Positions 48,330-60,667 of a stretch of 64,000 nt of DNA are shown here, piece by piece. Each line of letters starts with the position of its first letter. Position 1 is the first letter of the stretch. The notes beneath the pieces were generated by a model. It saw only the letters and a list, made by a program, of their open reading frames with translations. It had not been told where the DNA came from and did not search any database. Source of the stretch: Geosiphon pyriformis uo1 (Eukaryota; Fungi; Glomeromycota); NCBI GenBank assembly GCA_016748015.1, contig JAAOMT010000512.1, forward strand, positions 1-64,000. The letters run 5' to 3'. The translations under genes and the position numbers were made by a program.

Positions 48330-51300
48330 CTGATTTAATTTGGAAAATTGCTACATGCAATGTCAGAGGAATAAATAATCCTACAAAACAGGTTGATATA
48401 ATTTGTTGGCATAAGGAAATGAACAATTTGATTTCTATTGTTACTGAGACTAAATTGAAAGATAAGATCCATCCATGGATCATAAACAGATTTGATGGTG
48501 TCCATGTTTTTACATCTGAAGTGAATTCTGGTTATCTGAATTTTGGCATGGCTATTATTATAGATACTTCTCTAGCTTGCCATGTATACAAGGTTTCTAA
48601 GGTGCCTGGTCAGATCCTCTGTATCAGGCTGCTTTTTAAGAATAAGCTTTCTGTGTCAATTTTGGGGCTGTATGCTGGTGCTTCCTCAGTAGTTCAGTTT
48701 TCTCAGGCTGGTAACATCAATTTTCTTATCACAAAGGCTGTTAATGAGTCTTCTTTTGTCATTTTTGGTGGTGACTTTAATAAGAATGGTTCTCATAAGT
48801 GTGCCAGTTTCAAGAAATGCTTTGATTTGGGTCTGGTCAACTCTTTGGCTGGGAGTGCATTTGTCAAGATATTTACATGGTGCAATTCTCATGGGATTGC
48901 TAAGACAATTGATTATGTGTTTGTCTTCTCGAATTTGGTCAATGCAATGGTGGATCATAATATTGCTGGTGTTGTGGACTATTTTGATATTGATCATGCG
49001 GCTATTTCTGTCTTTGTGGGCCTGGGTGGTTTGTTGGATGTTCAGCTGTCATCACTGCACAAGCAAGCAAACAAAAATTGTTGGAAGTACGACATCAAAG
49101 GTGTTGATAAGAGAAAGTGGTGTGAATTTAGGAATGCTATAGCTGCTAATGCTGCTGTGTTTTTGAGTGTGTTCAAAATGGCTGAGAGGTCTTCAGATCT
49201 GGATGCAATGTAGAATGTTATTTATGAAGTCATGAGTTTTTTGGCTAATGGGACATTTAAAAAAAAATGGTTCAAAAATTATGACAGTGTTTTTACCAAA
49301 GTGTTTTCTAAGTTTCATAAATTGGAGTTGCTGGTGTTCAGACTGGTGAAAGTTTCTTGTTTGGTTTTAAGTAATGATTTTGTTTTACTACTGGGTACAT
49401 GGGATGGGTTGGATCCTAGTGGTATGGCTGAAGTAAAGTCTTTTTTTCTTTTGGGTTTTACTTTTGATGCTGTTTGTTCTGGGTTGGCAAGAGCATGGAA
49501 GTTTTACTATTCTTCCAAGTTTCTGGAATCCAAGCATGCTAAAAAATCTTGCATCAGACAGGCCATTGCCAATAAAATGGAAAGTTTGAATTGAATAAGG
49601 GTCATACTATTAGAAGTGTGCTAGAACATCCTTTTTGTAAGGTGGTATTGGATCATTTAGTTGTAGATAATGAGTTGGTTTTGGAGCCCAATTTGGTTAA
49701 ATCTAAAGTAGATAAAATTATAGAGAGTTGAACAAGAAAGCACAGGGTGGTGTCGGATATCTCTGATGATTGGTTTCGCCAATATCAGCATTTGAATTAT
49801 GTTTTTGATGGTGTATTTTCTGGTGTAATGTGTCCAATTGGTTTTAACAAATTGTTTGCGGTGATCTTTGATCTGCCTGATGGCAAAGCAGCTGGACTTT
49901 CTGGCATTTCTAATGAGTTGTAGAAACATTGTGACAGCTTGGTCTTGGCTATGCTTTCTGTGCTCTTGAATCTGTGTCTAACTTGTGAATCAATACTTGG
50001 GTCTTGGAGAAAGGCTTGGATTTCAATGATTCCTAAGCCGTATAAGTAGAAAGATGTTCTTATAAATACTTGTCCTATTGCACTGATCGAGACTGTTCAC
50101 AAGATTCTTTCCAAAATTCTTTCAGACAGGATTTTTTCAGCTTGTAGTACTTATGATGTTTTACATGGGGACAATTTCTCTGTGTTAAAGAGTACAACTA
50201 CACAGTCATCTATTTTTGCTGTCAGTTTGGTGATTGAAGATGTATCAAAAAAAAACTGTGAACTGTGGCTGGTTTTACAAGACATATATAAGACTTATAA
50301 TTCTGTGGGTTAAGAACATTTCAGGAAGAGTTTGGTTAGGATCAAGATATGTGACAGATTCATTAAGTTTTTTGGTTATATTTATAATGGTCAAGTTAAC
50401 AAAGTGATGACAAACTTTGGCTTAACTGATGGATATCAAGTTCATGATAGTTTAGACCAAGGGAAGATTTTCTCACCTCTTCTTTGGCACATATTCTATG
50501 ATTCGCTTCTATGTGAAGTTAAAAAGCAGGAGAGTATGTGTGGTTACAGACTGAATTCTTATTTTGTTTCCAAGTCGGTGTTACAGGTGATTATTTCTGT
50601 TGTTGAATTGAATAACAAACCTGTAACTTGGTGCTTAAAAGCTACTTTTGTGGATGATGTGCGGAAGATGTGATATCTGAAGGTTTTGGTTGAGTCCTTT
50701 GTATAATGAACAGAGATTTAATAAGGTTGATAGTGGTTGTATTCTCAAGTTGTTTTCCCAATTTCTTTCTCAGTGTGATGGCCAGATTTAGTCTGGCTGT
50801 TGTGCCCTTCTGGTAAGCTATCCGATAATATATATAAAATTCTACCCTTATTTCTGGGTCTTTTACCAGGCTATCTTTGACATCAATAACTCAGCACTTA
50901 ATCTTTTAATCAATTAGTATACAACAACAAAATCAAAGAAAGAAGGAAAATAAAATAAAGAAAATAAAAATAAAGAAAATAAAGAAAATAAGCCAAGGCA
51001 ATTTGGTACATTAGTATTTTGTCAATAGCCATGATCAAGAGTTATTGTTCCAGCATGGTTAAGTATCAATTACTATCAACATGAAGTGTTGATAGTGGAG
51101 AGTGGATTGAGATATGGAATAATTATTTATTTGATGATTTTGTTTCTTGGCTAAGGATTCTGTGGTATCAATTCTGTCTTTTCTGTTTCTAACACTACTG
51201 CTATATATACATAATTGAGATTCCTCAATTCCTCGATTCTTCACGACAGGAATCCTGGAATTCTTAGAATCCTGCGATTCCTTTGAGAAGAATCCTGGAA

Positions 51301-53853
51301 TTCTGGAATCCTGCAATTCCTCATCAGAGAATCCTGAAATTCCTGGAATCCTACAATTCTTAAGAGGAATCCTGAAATTCCACATTTACTATGCTTACTT
51401 CTAATTGGCTAATAATTATGCTAATACATTTCCTACATTTCTATGAGTAATATTGGGCTGGGTAGAATCTTAAACTGGGTTGACATTATTTTTTGCTGCT
51501 GGTGCTTTCATTGATGATACAATTTGGGTTGGTAGTAGTCAGGCTGCTACACAACACATTTTCAATATTGCTAGTGAGTTCTTTAGGTTGAATAATATTT
51601 CTATAAATAATGACAAGACTGTGGCCATCCCCATCAACTGTCAGGTTTTTAACCTTTATCTGATTGTTAGTAGCTTGCCTATTTCTGTTGCCAAAAAGGA
51701 GGAACCTTATCATTATTTGGGTATTTTTTTGTCTTTTGAGGGTCTGTCAAAACCTAGCATGACAAAGGTGCATTCAGATATTCAGTTTTTTGTCAATCTT
51801 TTTCTAAGAAAGGCAATTTCAGATAAGCAATTTGTGTATTTGGTGTCAGCAGTTCTTTTTCCTATAGTTAGTTATAGAACCCAGTTCAGTTTTATTCTTT
51901 TTAGTGTTTGTAATAAATAGAATGCTATGATTTACAGAGGCTTGAAATCTAAGTCTGGTCTCCCATGTGATTTCCCTACTGATGCAATCCATCATCTCTC
52001 CTTGTATGGTTTAAAGACTTTTGAACAAATTCAGGCTAAGAGCAAATTGGCCTCCATTATTTTTTGCAAATTCATTGGGTATTTTGGGTAAGTTGTTTTC
52101 TCATAGGTCTCATGATTTTCAGGTTTTTAGCTGGTGTTCTCACCATCTTCTATAATTTCTAGCTCATATTAGGATTGATTCCTCTAACAATTTTTTAGCT
52201 GGTGTGGTCTATATTTTTTCTGAATGTGATTTGTCCTTAGGCAGCTCTCTGACAAGTGTGTTTCATTGTCAGAGTGGTACTCTTATGTCTCTTGTTCTTG
52301 GAGAGCCTAGTTATTTCAAGTGTGTTTTTTCTCTTTGGCAGTATGGAGTTGCTTTTGTAAACCAGCTACATAACAAGCATGGTAATATTTTTGGTTGGCC
52401 GACCTTCAAGCAATAGAAACAACTGGACTCTCATGGCCCTGTTCCTGTTTGGTTTGAGCTTTCGGTTCATTTTCTTGGTGGTGGGATTTCTCTTTCTGTT
52501 TGCTCTCTACTTTTGGATGTCTCCTCTGATGTCCTTCGGTCTCTTGATTTTGGTATCATTGGTGTTGATTTGTTGCATGTTAATGCTGCTTGTCTTTCTA
52601 TATACATGGATGGATTTTTGAGCAATCTGGGTACTCCTGGTATGATGGCTGGTGCTGTTGTTTTTTTTGAGGACATTGATTTGGGCCTGGGTGTTGGGGT
52701 TTTGGGTTTGGTCTCTTCTACTATAACAGAGTTGCAGGCCATCACTCTGGCTTTTGAGTATATTCCTCCTTTATGTTCTGTTGACTTGTTTTCGGACAGC
52801 CAAGTTGCTCTGGATGCATGCAAATTGGAATCGGTGTTGGGTCAAGCATTGCCATATTGTTAATGTCATTTGTTGCAAGAATTTGGATGTGAATTAGATT
52901 AAAGTTAAAGATCACTCTGGTGTCTCTGGCAATAAGCATGCTGATGCTCTAACTAGGACTGTTGCTTTCTCTAATAGATGTCTACCTCACATGGTTAGTG
53001 AATGGTTTCTTCAAGCTGATGACACAATTGTCTCTGGTAATTCTCGGCATTTTGTTCATGATATTTTCCAATCTATTCACTGTTCGTGTTGGGAAGTTGG
53101 CTTTGGCTTCCATATCCTGGCAGATAGCCTGTGTGCTGATATTGATTGGTCCAGATCTTCTTTGTGTGGCATCCTGATTCTTACTTGGCTGCTGGTTTTA
53201 CCAGTGCACACACTGCTGGCTTCTGTTTATACTTTATAAAGGCATTGCATTACTATCTTCTTGTTGCAGTATGTAAGTAGCTTTATAATAGATGTTATCC
53301 TAGTGTGGTGTATTTGTTCTGTGAAGATGTCGAGGTCTTAGACCATGTTTTCTCTTGCCCTTTTGATGCTGCTGATCACACCCATTTGATGAAAGCTCAT
53401 ACATTAGCATGGAAGTCATGCTTGGATTTATCTCACTCTTCTTTTTGTATATTACAGCTATTGCATGCTTGTGTTTCCAATATTGCAGTTAGTACTGCTT
53501 TATGTAAGAGCTTTGTCTTCAACAATTGGTATTGTGAATCTGCTTCCATTTTTAAAGACTCTAAAGTTGCAGCTCAGAATATTGTATCTTTTGTGCACAA
53601 ATTCTGTCTTGCTTTTCAAGATGATATTTGGCTAGTGTGTGCCAAACACCAGGCTATTATAGAAAAAAGTGGCTTGATCCTATCTGATGATTCTGTTCCT
53701 GTCTTGGTTTCTGGTCTTTTGGTGGTGTTGTTGACTAGTGTGGTCAGGTTATTGGGTATTGCTGATGTATTTGGTGTTAGTTTTAGGTTTCATAAGTCTT
53801 ATCAGTTTTTCTCAGATATTAGGGACATGGTTTCAGTTTATATAGGTGACTAG
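48326..53853 (+). pseudogene. LINE ORF2 remnant (APE, RT, RNase H)
   Basis: WKIATCNVRG, ETKL, GGDFN, IDYVF; LDQG..FSPLLW.IFYD, AGAFIDD; YMDG, ELQAI, DSQ, KVK.HSG. Confidence 0.92.
50579..51452 (-). mobile_element. Solo LTR, second family (copy 2)
   Basis: TGTTACAGG...GAGTAATA, TSD TCGG (50575-50578) / TTGG (51453-51456). Removing it restores the RT frame (SKSGWVES). Confidence 0.88.
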
Positions 53854-54016
53854 TGTTGTTTTAATTGGCCTGAGTAACTGGTCACGTGTAGCAAATGCAT
53901 GATTCACACCTAGTTTAGATTATAATTATGATGTATAGTACTAGGCCATGTTTGGACTTCACTTATTAAATGATAAAAAAAAAAAAATTAATATTTATAA
54001 TTATTAAAAAAAAAAA

Positions 54017-57000
54017 CTTTTTTCTCTCTTATATTCAAATTCTCTAAAGAGTTTACTTTTTAAAAAGAAGTTTTTTGTTTTATCTTGCTATTTTTTTTTT
54101 TTCTCAATTCAATAATCTATTTGTTATGAACTTGGAAGCTGTTTTCAATAGTGATATGTTGAAGAAGATACCCAAAAAGATTTTTTCTGGTTCTGCTAGA
54201 AGGTTTTTTTCTTAAAAAAAAAGGTTATTCTTGATAATATTAAGCATTCTGGTAATGAAAAAAATGTAGCTTTGGTTAGGTTTAGTTCTGGTGGTTCATA
54301 TTCAGATGTTAATAATAAATCTAACAGTAGTAAAAACAATAATATAATGAAAAGTGTTAACAGTAGGTTTATTTTGGGTTCAATGGCTGCTACTCCCAAT
54401 GCCAAAAGAATAAATACTAGTATTGTTTATAGCTGTCTCTTTGGTTTCTTTAATTTTGACATAAATAAAAAAATCTTATCCTTCTTTTTTCTTATCAATA
54501 TCTCTCTAAGCAACAAATAAATTGACCCCAAAATTGTTAAGATTCAATTAGAAGTAGCAGTTAAAAAATTATTCACTTTGAATATCAATCTTTTGACAAT
54601 AGATAGCAAATCAGCAACAGCAAAAACACAAATAATCAAAATTTTTTTTTCAGTAGTTAATGATTTTGGAAGAGTCACCACTTTCTTAAAATTTAAAGAA
54701 ATTATCAAATTGACATTCATTTCAAAGGAAAGCATGGAAAAGACTGCTTTATTAGCCAAGAAAAAAAGCATTATTGCAAACACCAATCTCAAAAAACAAG
54801 AAATCAGGTCAAATTGGGCTGTGGTCATTAAAAAATTTCTATAGATATGTCTAAAAATATAATTATTGTCACAGTAGTTAAGTTTGATAAAATAATGTTG
54901 ATCTAATTATAACTAATTGGGCTGTGACAGAAGGCTGTAGTAGAATTTACCAAATCAAACCAGACAGATCAGTTGGCAGCTAAGTAGTTATTCCTAATTA
55001 AGAAGAATTCAGTGTATATAACTAAAACTATAGGGAATTAGGAAACTTGGATGTCTAAAAATTGTTTCAGAGTGCTTTTGTTTATCTTGCCTGTAGGAAC
55101 AATAGCTTATAATCTGAGCACTTTATTAAAAAGAGCTGGTGGGAAAACTTGCATCATAAATAGATTATTGAATACTGACAATAGAATTTGTTATGCTATG
55201 GTTGGATTTAATTCTGATGAGAAATTAAAGTTTGCATTTTGCACAGAACCAATTCTTGGTGGTATTAAACTTTCTTGAACAAAAATAGACTTGGTTCAAT
55301 ATAAAAAGTATGGAAGGTTTGATTATTCTGCTTTAGAGTGTGATATTATGTTTGTATTTGCTTCCAAGCTCTTAAGATTATTTAAAAGATCTACTTCTAA
55401 GGCAAATTGTTTTTAACTGGCCAAATTATACACCAAAAAGAAAGTTTTTATTTCTTATTCTGCCACTTTTGGTGGCAGATTATGGGCTTAAGTAATTTTA
55501 GTAGCATTTGCTTTTTATAATCTGTCTATTGGCTCTGGTTTTAGCTTTCTTATTTTTGAGTTTTAATGAAAATTTTTTTGTCACTTTATTAGAAAAATTC
55601 TTTTTGAATGCCTATTTGTTTTCTTTGAAATGCTTTTTAAAGCTTTTGACAGATCAGATGTCTAATATTGTTTACAAGCTCAGTAGTGTAAAATTGGTGT
55701 TTTTAGCTTTCCCTTCTCTTTTTTATAACTTTGTCAATTCAAAAGCTGCCAATTTAGATTCAAATTCAGATATGGTTTTAGATAATTTGAAGATTATACC
55801 TCTGTTTTTTTTTTGGTTGCTGCTGATATCTTAGTTTTGAGTCTAAATAGTTCTAAAATTTTGACTACCAAGATGAACAGTTTGAAATCAAAATTGGTGG
55901 CTCTTGAAGTCTCTGTTGGTTCAGTTCTAGTGAAATTAGATTAGTTGGATGCTAGCTTAGATTTTTTGGTGTCTTTTTTGTCTTAATAAGTAGTCTGATC
56001 TGGCAGATTGTTACTTGCAATATTAGAGTATTAATGTTCCTGCCAAGCAAAAAGATATTGTTTGCTAACATGTAAATTCGGAAAATATAATTTCAATTAT
56101 TACAGAAACAAAATTAAGACCTAGCATAAGATCATAGATCATCAATAAATTTGATAGGATGAGAATTTTTTTATCTAGTTTGAACAAAAGATTTCTTGGT
56201 GCTAAAGTGGCCATTATTATGAACAATTTTCTGGCATATTATGTTTTTAAGATTGAGAAAGTTTTTGGTTAGATTATTTCAGTGCAACTTTTCTTTAAAG
56301 ACAAGCTTTTAGTTATAATTTTGGGTTTATATGCTAATGCTTTAGCTGAAACTAGGTTTGATTAGACTATGGAAATCAATTTTTTTATTGTTAAAACTGT
56401 TAATTTCAGCACTTTTGTGGTTCTGGATAGAAATTTCAATAAAATAGATCTAAAAGAAGTGTAAGTTTCAAGTTTTGTTTGGATATAAATTTAATTAATT
56501 CATTTAATAAACATTTGTTGATGAAAACTTTTACTTAGAACAATTCAAAAGGTGCTGAAAAAATTATTAATTATGTTTTAGTTAGTAAGAGTCTGTTATT
56601 TGTAATGACTAGTCATAAAGTTGATTCTATTTCTAATTTTTTTGATATAAATTATAAGGCTGTTTTGGTTTCAATTGGTTTGAGTGGTCTTCTAAATGCT
56701 CATCTTAATAGTAATCACAAGCAAGCTAATAGAAATAAATAAAAGTTTAGAATTAAGAATGCTAATGCCAATAAGTGGCCATGTTTTATGAAGTATTCAT
56801 TGGACAAATTCTTGAAAAATTTGGATAAATTCAATGGTGCTAGAGATAATAAATATTTGGATGTTATATGAAAGATTTTTAAGGAAGTGGTGATAGGCTC
56901 TGCTAATAAAATGTTCTCTAGATTCTGGTTTAGTAAGTTTAAATGTTTGAAAAATAAACAATCATTAAGATTCTATAAGCTGAAACTGTTAATGGCCAAG

Positions 57001-60000
57001 ATAGTAAAGTGTTTAAATTTGATTCAAGAATTAGAAGTTAACTGTCTTATCTGTATGTGGTCTACTATTAATAATAAAGAAGTTTTCAAAATACACATCA
57101 TGATTGATAATGATAAAGGCTTGAAGGAAATTCTATGTCACTTGTTAAGAATTAAAAAAAGATACCATAAATTCAAATATTATAAATCCAATATTGCCAA
57201 AGATGTTTTTATTAAAAAAGTGATAAACAAGTGCATAAAAAACTTTTGTACTAATAAAGAACAGATGATTAAAAGTGTTTTGAAGTAACTGTTTCAGAAA
57301 GTGGTGTTTAACCATCTAATAATGGATGATAATTTGATTCTAGTATTTGATAATATTAAGTCTATGATTAATATTGTTATAGAAAAATGGACAAAAAAGC
57401 ATGTAGTTCCTAATACTTTGTCTGTTTGGTGGTCTATTTAATATACTTCTCTGGACTATATTAATAATAATGCATTTTTGAATGTTATGTATAATATCAG
57501 TTCTAATGAGTTTTTTTAGGTGGTCAAAAAATTGTCTGATAAGAAAGCTGTTGGCTTTTTTGGTATTCTTAATAAGCTTTAAAAGCATAGAAACATGCAA
57601 GTTCTGAATGGTTTGTTAGATATTTTTAATATGTACTTGGTATTAAATATGGTACTTATATAATAGAAACAAGTCTAAATTTTTATAATACAAAGTTTTA
57701 TGGCTAAAAAAAAACTTTTACTAATACCAGACCTATAGCATTAATTGAAACAACCTGAAAAATATTGTTTAAAATTTTATTAAACAGGATATCTCTGATT
57801 TGTAGTAAATTTAAGATCTTGTGTGATAATAATTTTTTGGTTCTAAAAAGTATGTTCACTTAAATTCCAATTTTTGCTATTGGTTTAATTATTGAAAATG
57901 TACTGGAAAAAGATAGGGAGCTGTAACTAGTTCTTTGGAACATGTAAAAAACATACAATTTTGTTGGGTGATTTTACTTATAGAACAGTCTGACCAGAAT
58001 TAAGATGTGTCTCTATTTTGTTAATTTTTTTGGAAGTATACACAATAGTTATATTAATTAAGTGATGATAAATTTTGGGCTTATAAATAATTATGCTGTT
58101 CACAATAGTTTTAATCAGAGAGAAGTTTTTTTACCACTGTTATAAAAAATATTTTACAATTCTTTGTTCTGTGAAGTTAAGAGGCATAATAGTTTGTATA
58201 AATACAAAGTAAATTCAAAGTTTTTTACTAGGTCTGGCAAGCAGGATCCTAGAAATAACAAAACATTTTTTTTGGCAACTGAAACTTTTGTAGATGACAC
58301 AATTTGGATTGGGAATGACATGTCTACTATTTAGAACATTTTAGACATAGCTAGTGAATTTTTTCAAATTAATAACATTTCAATTAACACAGACAAAACA
58401 GTTGTCATACTTATTAATTGAAAAGTAAAAAACCTTCAGCTAATAATTAGTAGATTTAGTATCTCAATAGCAAAGAAGAGTAAATCTTACAGATACTTGG
58501 GCATTTTTTTGTTTATGAATAGTCTCTCTAAATCTAATCTTGCTAAGGCTTATTTGAACATTAAGTTTTTTACAAATCTGGTTTTAAGAAAGACAGTTTC
58601 AGACAAGCAGTTTTTATATCTGGTGTTTGTAATGCTTTAGCTCATAATCAGTTATAGAATACAATTTAATTATGTTTTAATAAGTGTATATGAGAAATGA
58701 GACAAGATATTCAGAAAGAAATTAAAGCTTAAAGCCAATTTACCTATGAATTTTTTCAATAAAGCTATCTTTTATTCTGAGTTGTATGGTCTCAAATTAT
58801 TTAGACAGATATAAACTAAATGTTTGCTAACTAATTTGGTTAATTTTGCCAACTCAGAAGGCATTTTTAGCAGTTTATTTAAATACAGAGCCATAAATCT
58901 ACAGGTCATTAGTTGGATGTTCTAGTAGTTTTTTAATTTTCCAGTCAAATTGCCAATTAATCTTATTAATTGCTTTCTGGTTAACATGACTAATACATTA
59001 ACATTATATGAATCATCTTTGGTTAATAATGTTCTTAATATTTTTTGAACTGGCAGTAGTATTTTTTTTATAGATATCTTGAACATAGATTAATACTTGG
59101 AAATAATAGACTTGCTAAAAAATTTTGGTATTGTTTTTACAAATTAACTTTTGGATTATCATGGTATGTGTTTTATGTAGGATACATTTTACAAATAAAA
59201 AAGACTGAATCTTAGAGGTCATGTTCCTGGTTGGTTCAGTTTATTGGTTTTATTTATTGTAAATGGTAGTTTGGCTGATGATAATGCTTTGGCTTGTTAT
59301 TCCACTTTTAATAATTACTCATGTAATTTTGGTTATGTTAATAAATGTCTTGCTAAAAATGGGTTTGATAAAATAAGTGTTTACATAAATAGATTGGTTA
59401 AGAGTTTGGGATCTGTAAATGCTTATAGTGATATTGCTGCTTATTTCTTGGATATTAATTTAAGTATAGGAGTTAGGGTACACAGTTTGCTTTCTTTAAC
59501 TTTGGCAGAACTGTAGACTATTGCTCTTGTTTTGAACTGTATTTTAGTTTTAAGTTTGGTAGTGTTGTTTACAGACAGTCAAACATCTTTAAATGTGTGT
59601 GCTTTGATTGATAATTCTGTTAATCTTGATTTTTACAAAAAATGCTAGATTGAAAAAAAACACATTTGTTTAACTATTGCTTCTAAAAATTTGTCAATTT
59701 TTTAGAAGAAAGTTAGAAGTTATTCTGGGGTTATGGGCAATAAATATGCTGACTTTTTTGCTAATACTGTCATTATGTCTAAGTTTGTGTTGTCTATTAA
59801 AGTGCTGTATTACTTTTTTGCTATTGAAAACAAGTTTGTTTCTGAGAATATTTGTCATTTTGTTAGACATTTGTTTAAGGTTATTGGTTTTATTGGCTGA
59901 AAATTCAAATATATGAGTGGTGTTGTAGATATGTCTCTCTGTAATCTGGTGGATATGTGTTGGACTTTTAGCATTTGACAACTTAATAGCAAAATTTGCT

Positions 60001-60667
60001 TTGGCTTTTTCAGCTCTGCCTCTATAATACTTAAATCTTATTTTATAAAGGCCTTATATTGTTATCTATTCATAGTCAAAAGAAAGAGGTTGTATAAATC
60101 AAGCTATTTTAGTGTTTTGTGCATCTGGTACAGTTCAATTGAGAATTTTGATTACATATTTTTGTGTATTTAAGATGTTTGCACCAGAAAAAAGTTGATT
60201 TTGAATAGAATTAAAACTTAAACTGACTTGCTAAGTACCAATGCTGCTGACTGCATTATAAGTTAATCTTTACATAAGGCTACATCTTTTGGTTGCTTGT
60301 ATATGACTTTGGCCAAAGGTTTTATTATGAAAAAATAAATGGCTAACATAGTGAGTTTGTTGGATAATGAGTTCAATAGAGATTTGAAAATTGTTAATCT
60401 GGTTTACAGCTTTGCTAAAGATTATAGATCTACTATATAATTGCTGATTGCCAAGTTAAAAGTATATTATAAAAAACAAGAGCTTTTGTTGAAAAATAAT
60501 TTTATGGTTTCAGTTATTTTTGGTTTGGCCTCTCTGTGGTTTTGTACAATGATTCGTGATTTTGGCATCAGATTGGGTCTTCATGTCTGCTTCAAGTTGT
60601 ATCTTGATCTGACAAGTATATATTTTGGTTTTTTGTATAATTTTTCTGTGGTAGATGATTTAGGTGT
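54017..60667 (+). mobile_element. LINE copy 3 (older, heavily AT-eroded), cut near the end of ORF2 by Gypsy copy D
   Basis: 5' end similar to copy 1. ORF1 from ATG 54126, ORF2 from ~55986 with ETKL, TRPIALIET, FVDD, LAEL and FTDSQ remnants. Confidence 0.85.

Larger units (their letters stand above)
46289..53987 (+). mobile_element. LINE copy 2 (decayed), interrupted by a solo LTR; its 5' UTR may begin near 29001, before Gypsy copy B
   Basis: ORF1 46364-48329, ORF2 48326-53853, 3' tail matching copy 1, poly(A) 53975-53987. Confidence 0.9.

Noticed and set aside
51059-51385. 108-aa ORF with RIPG repeats
   Set aside because: Translation of the solo-LTR tandem array, absent from the sister LTR.
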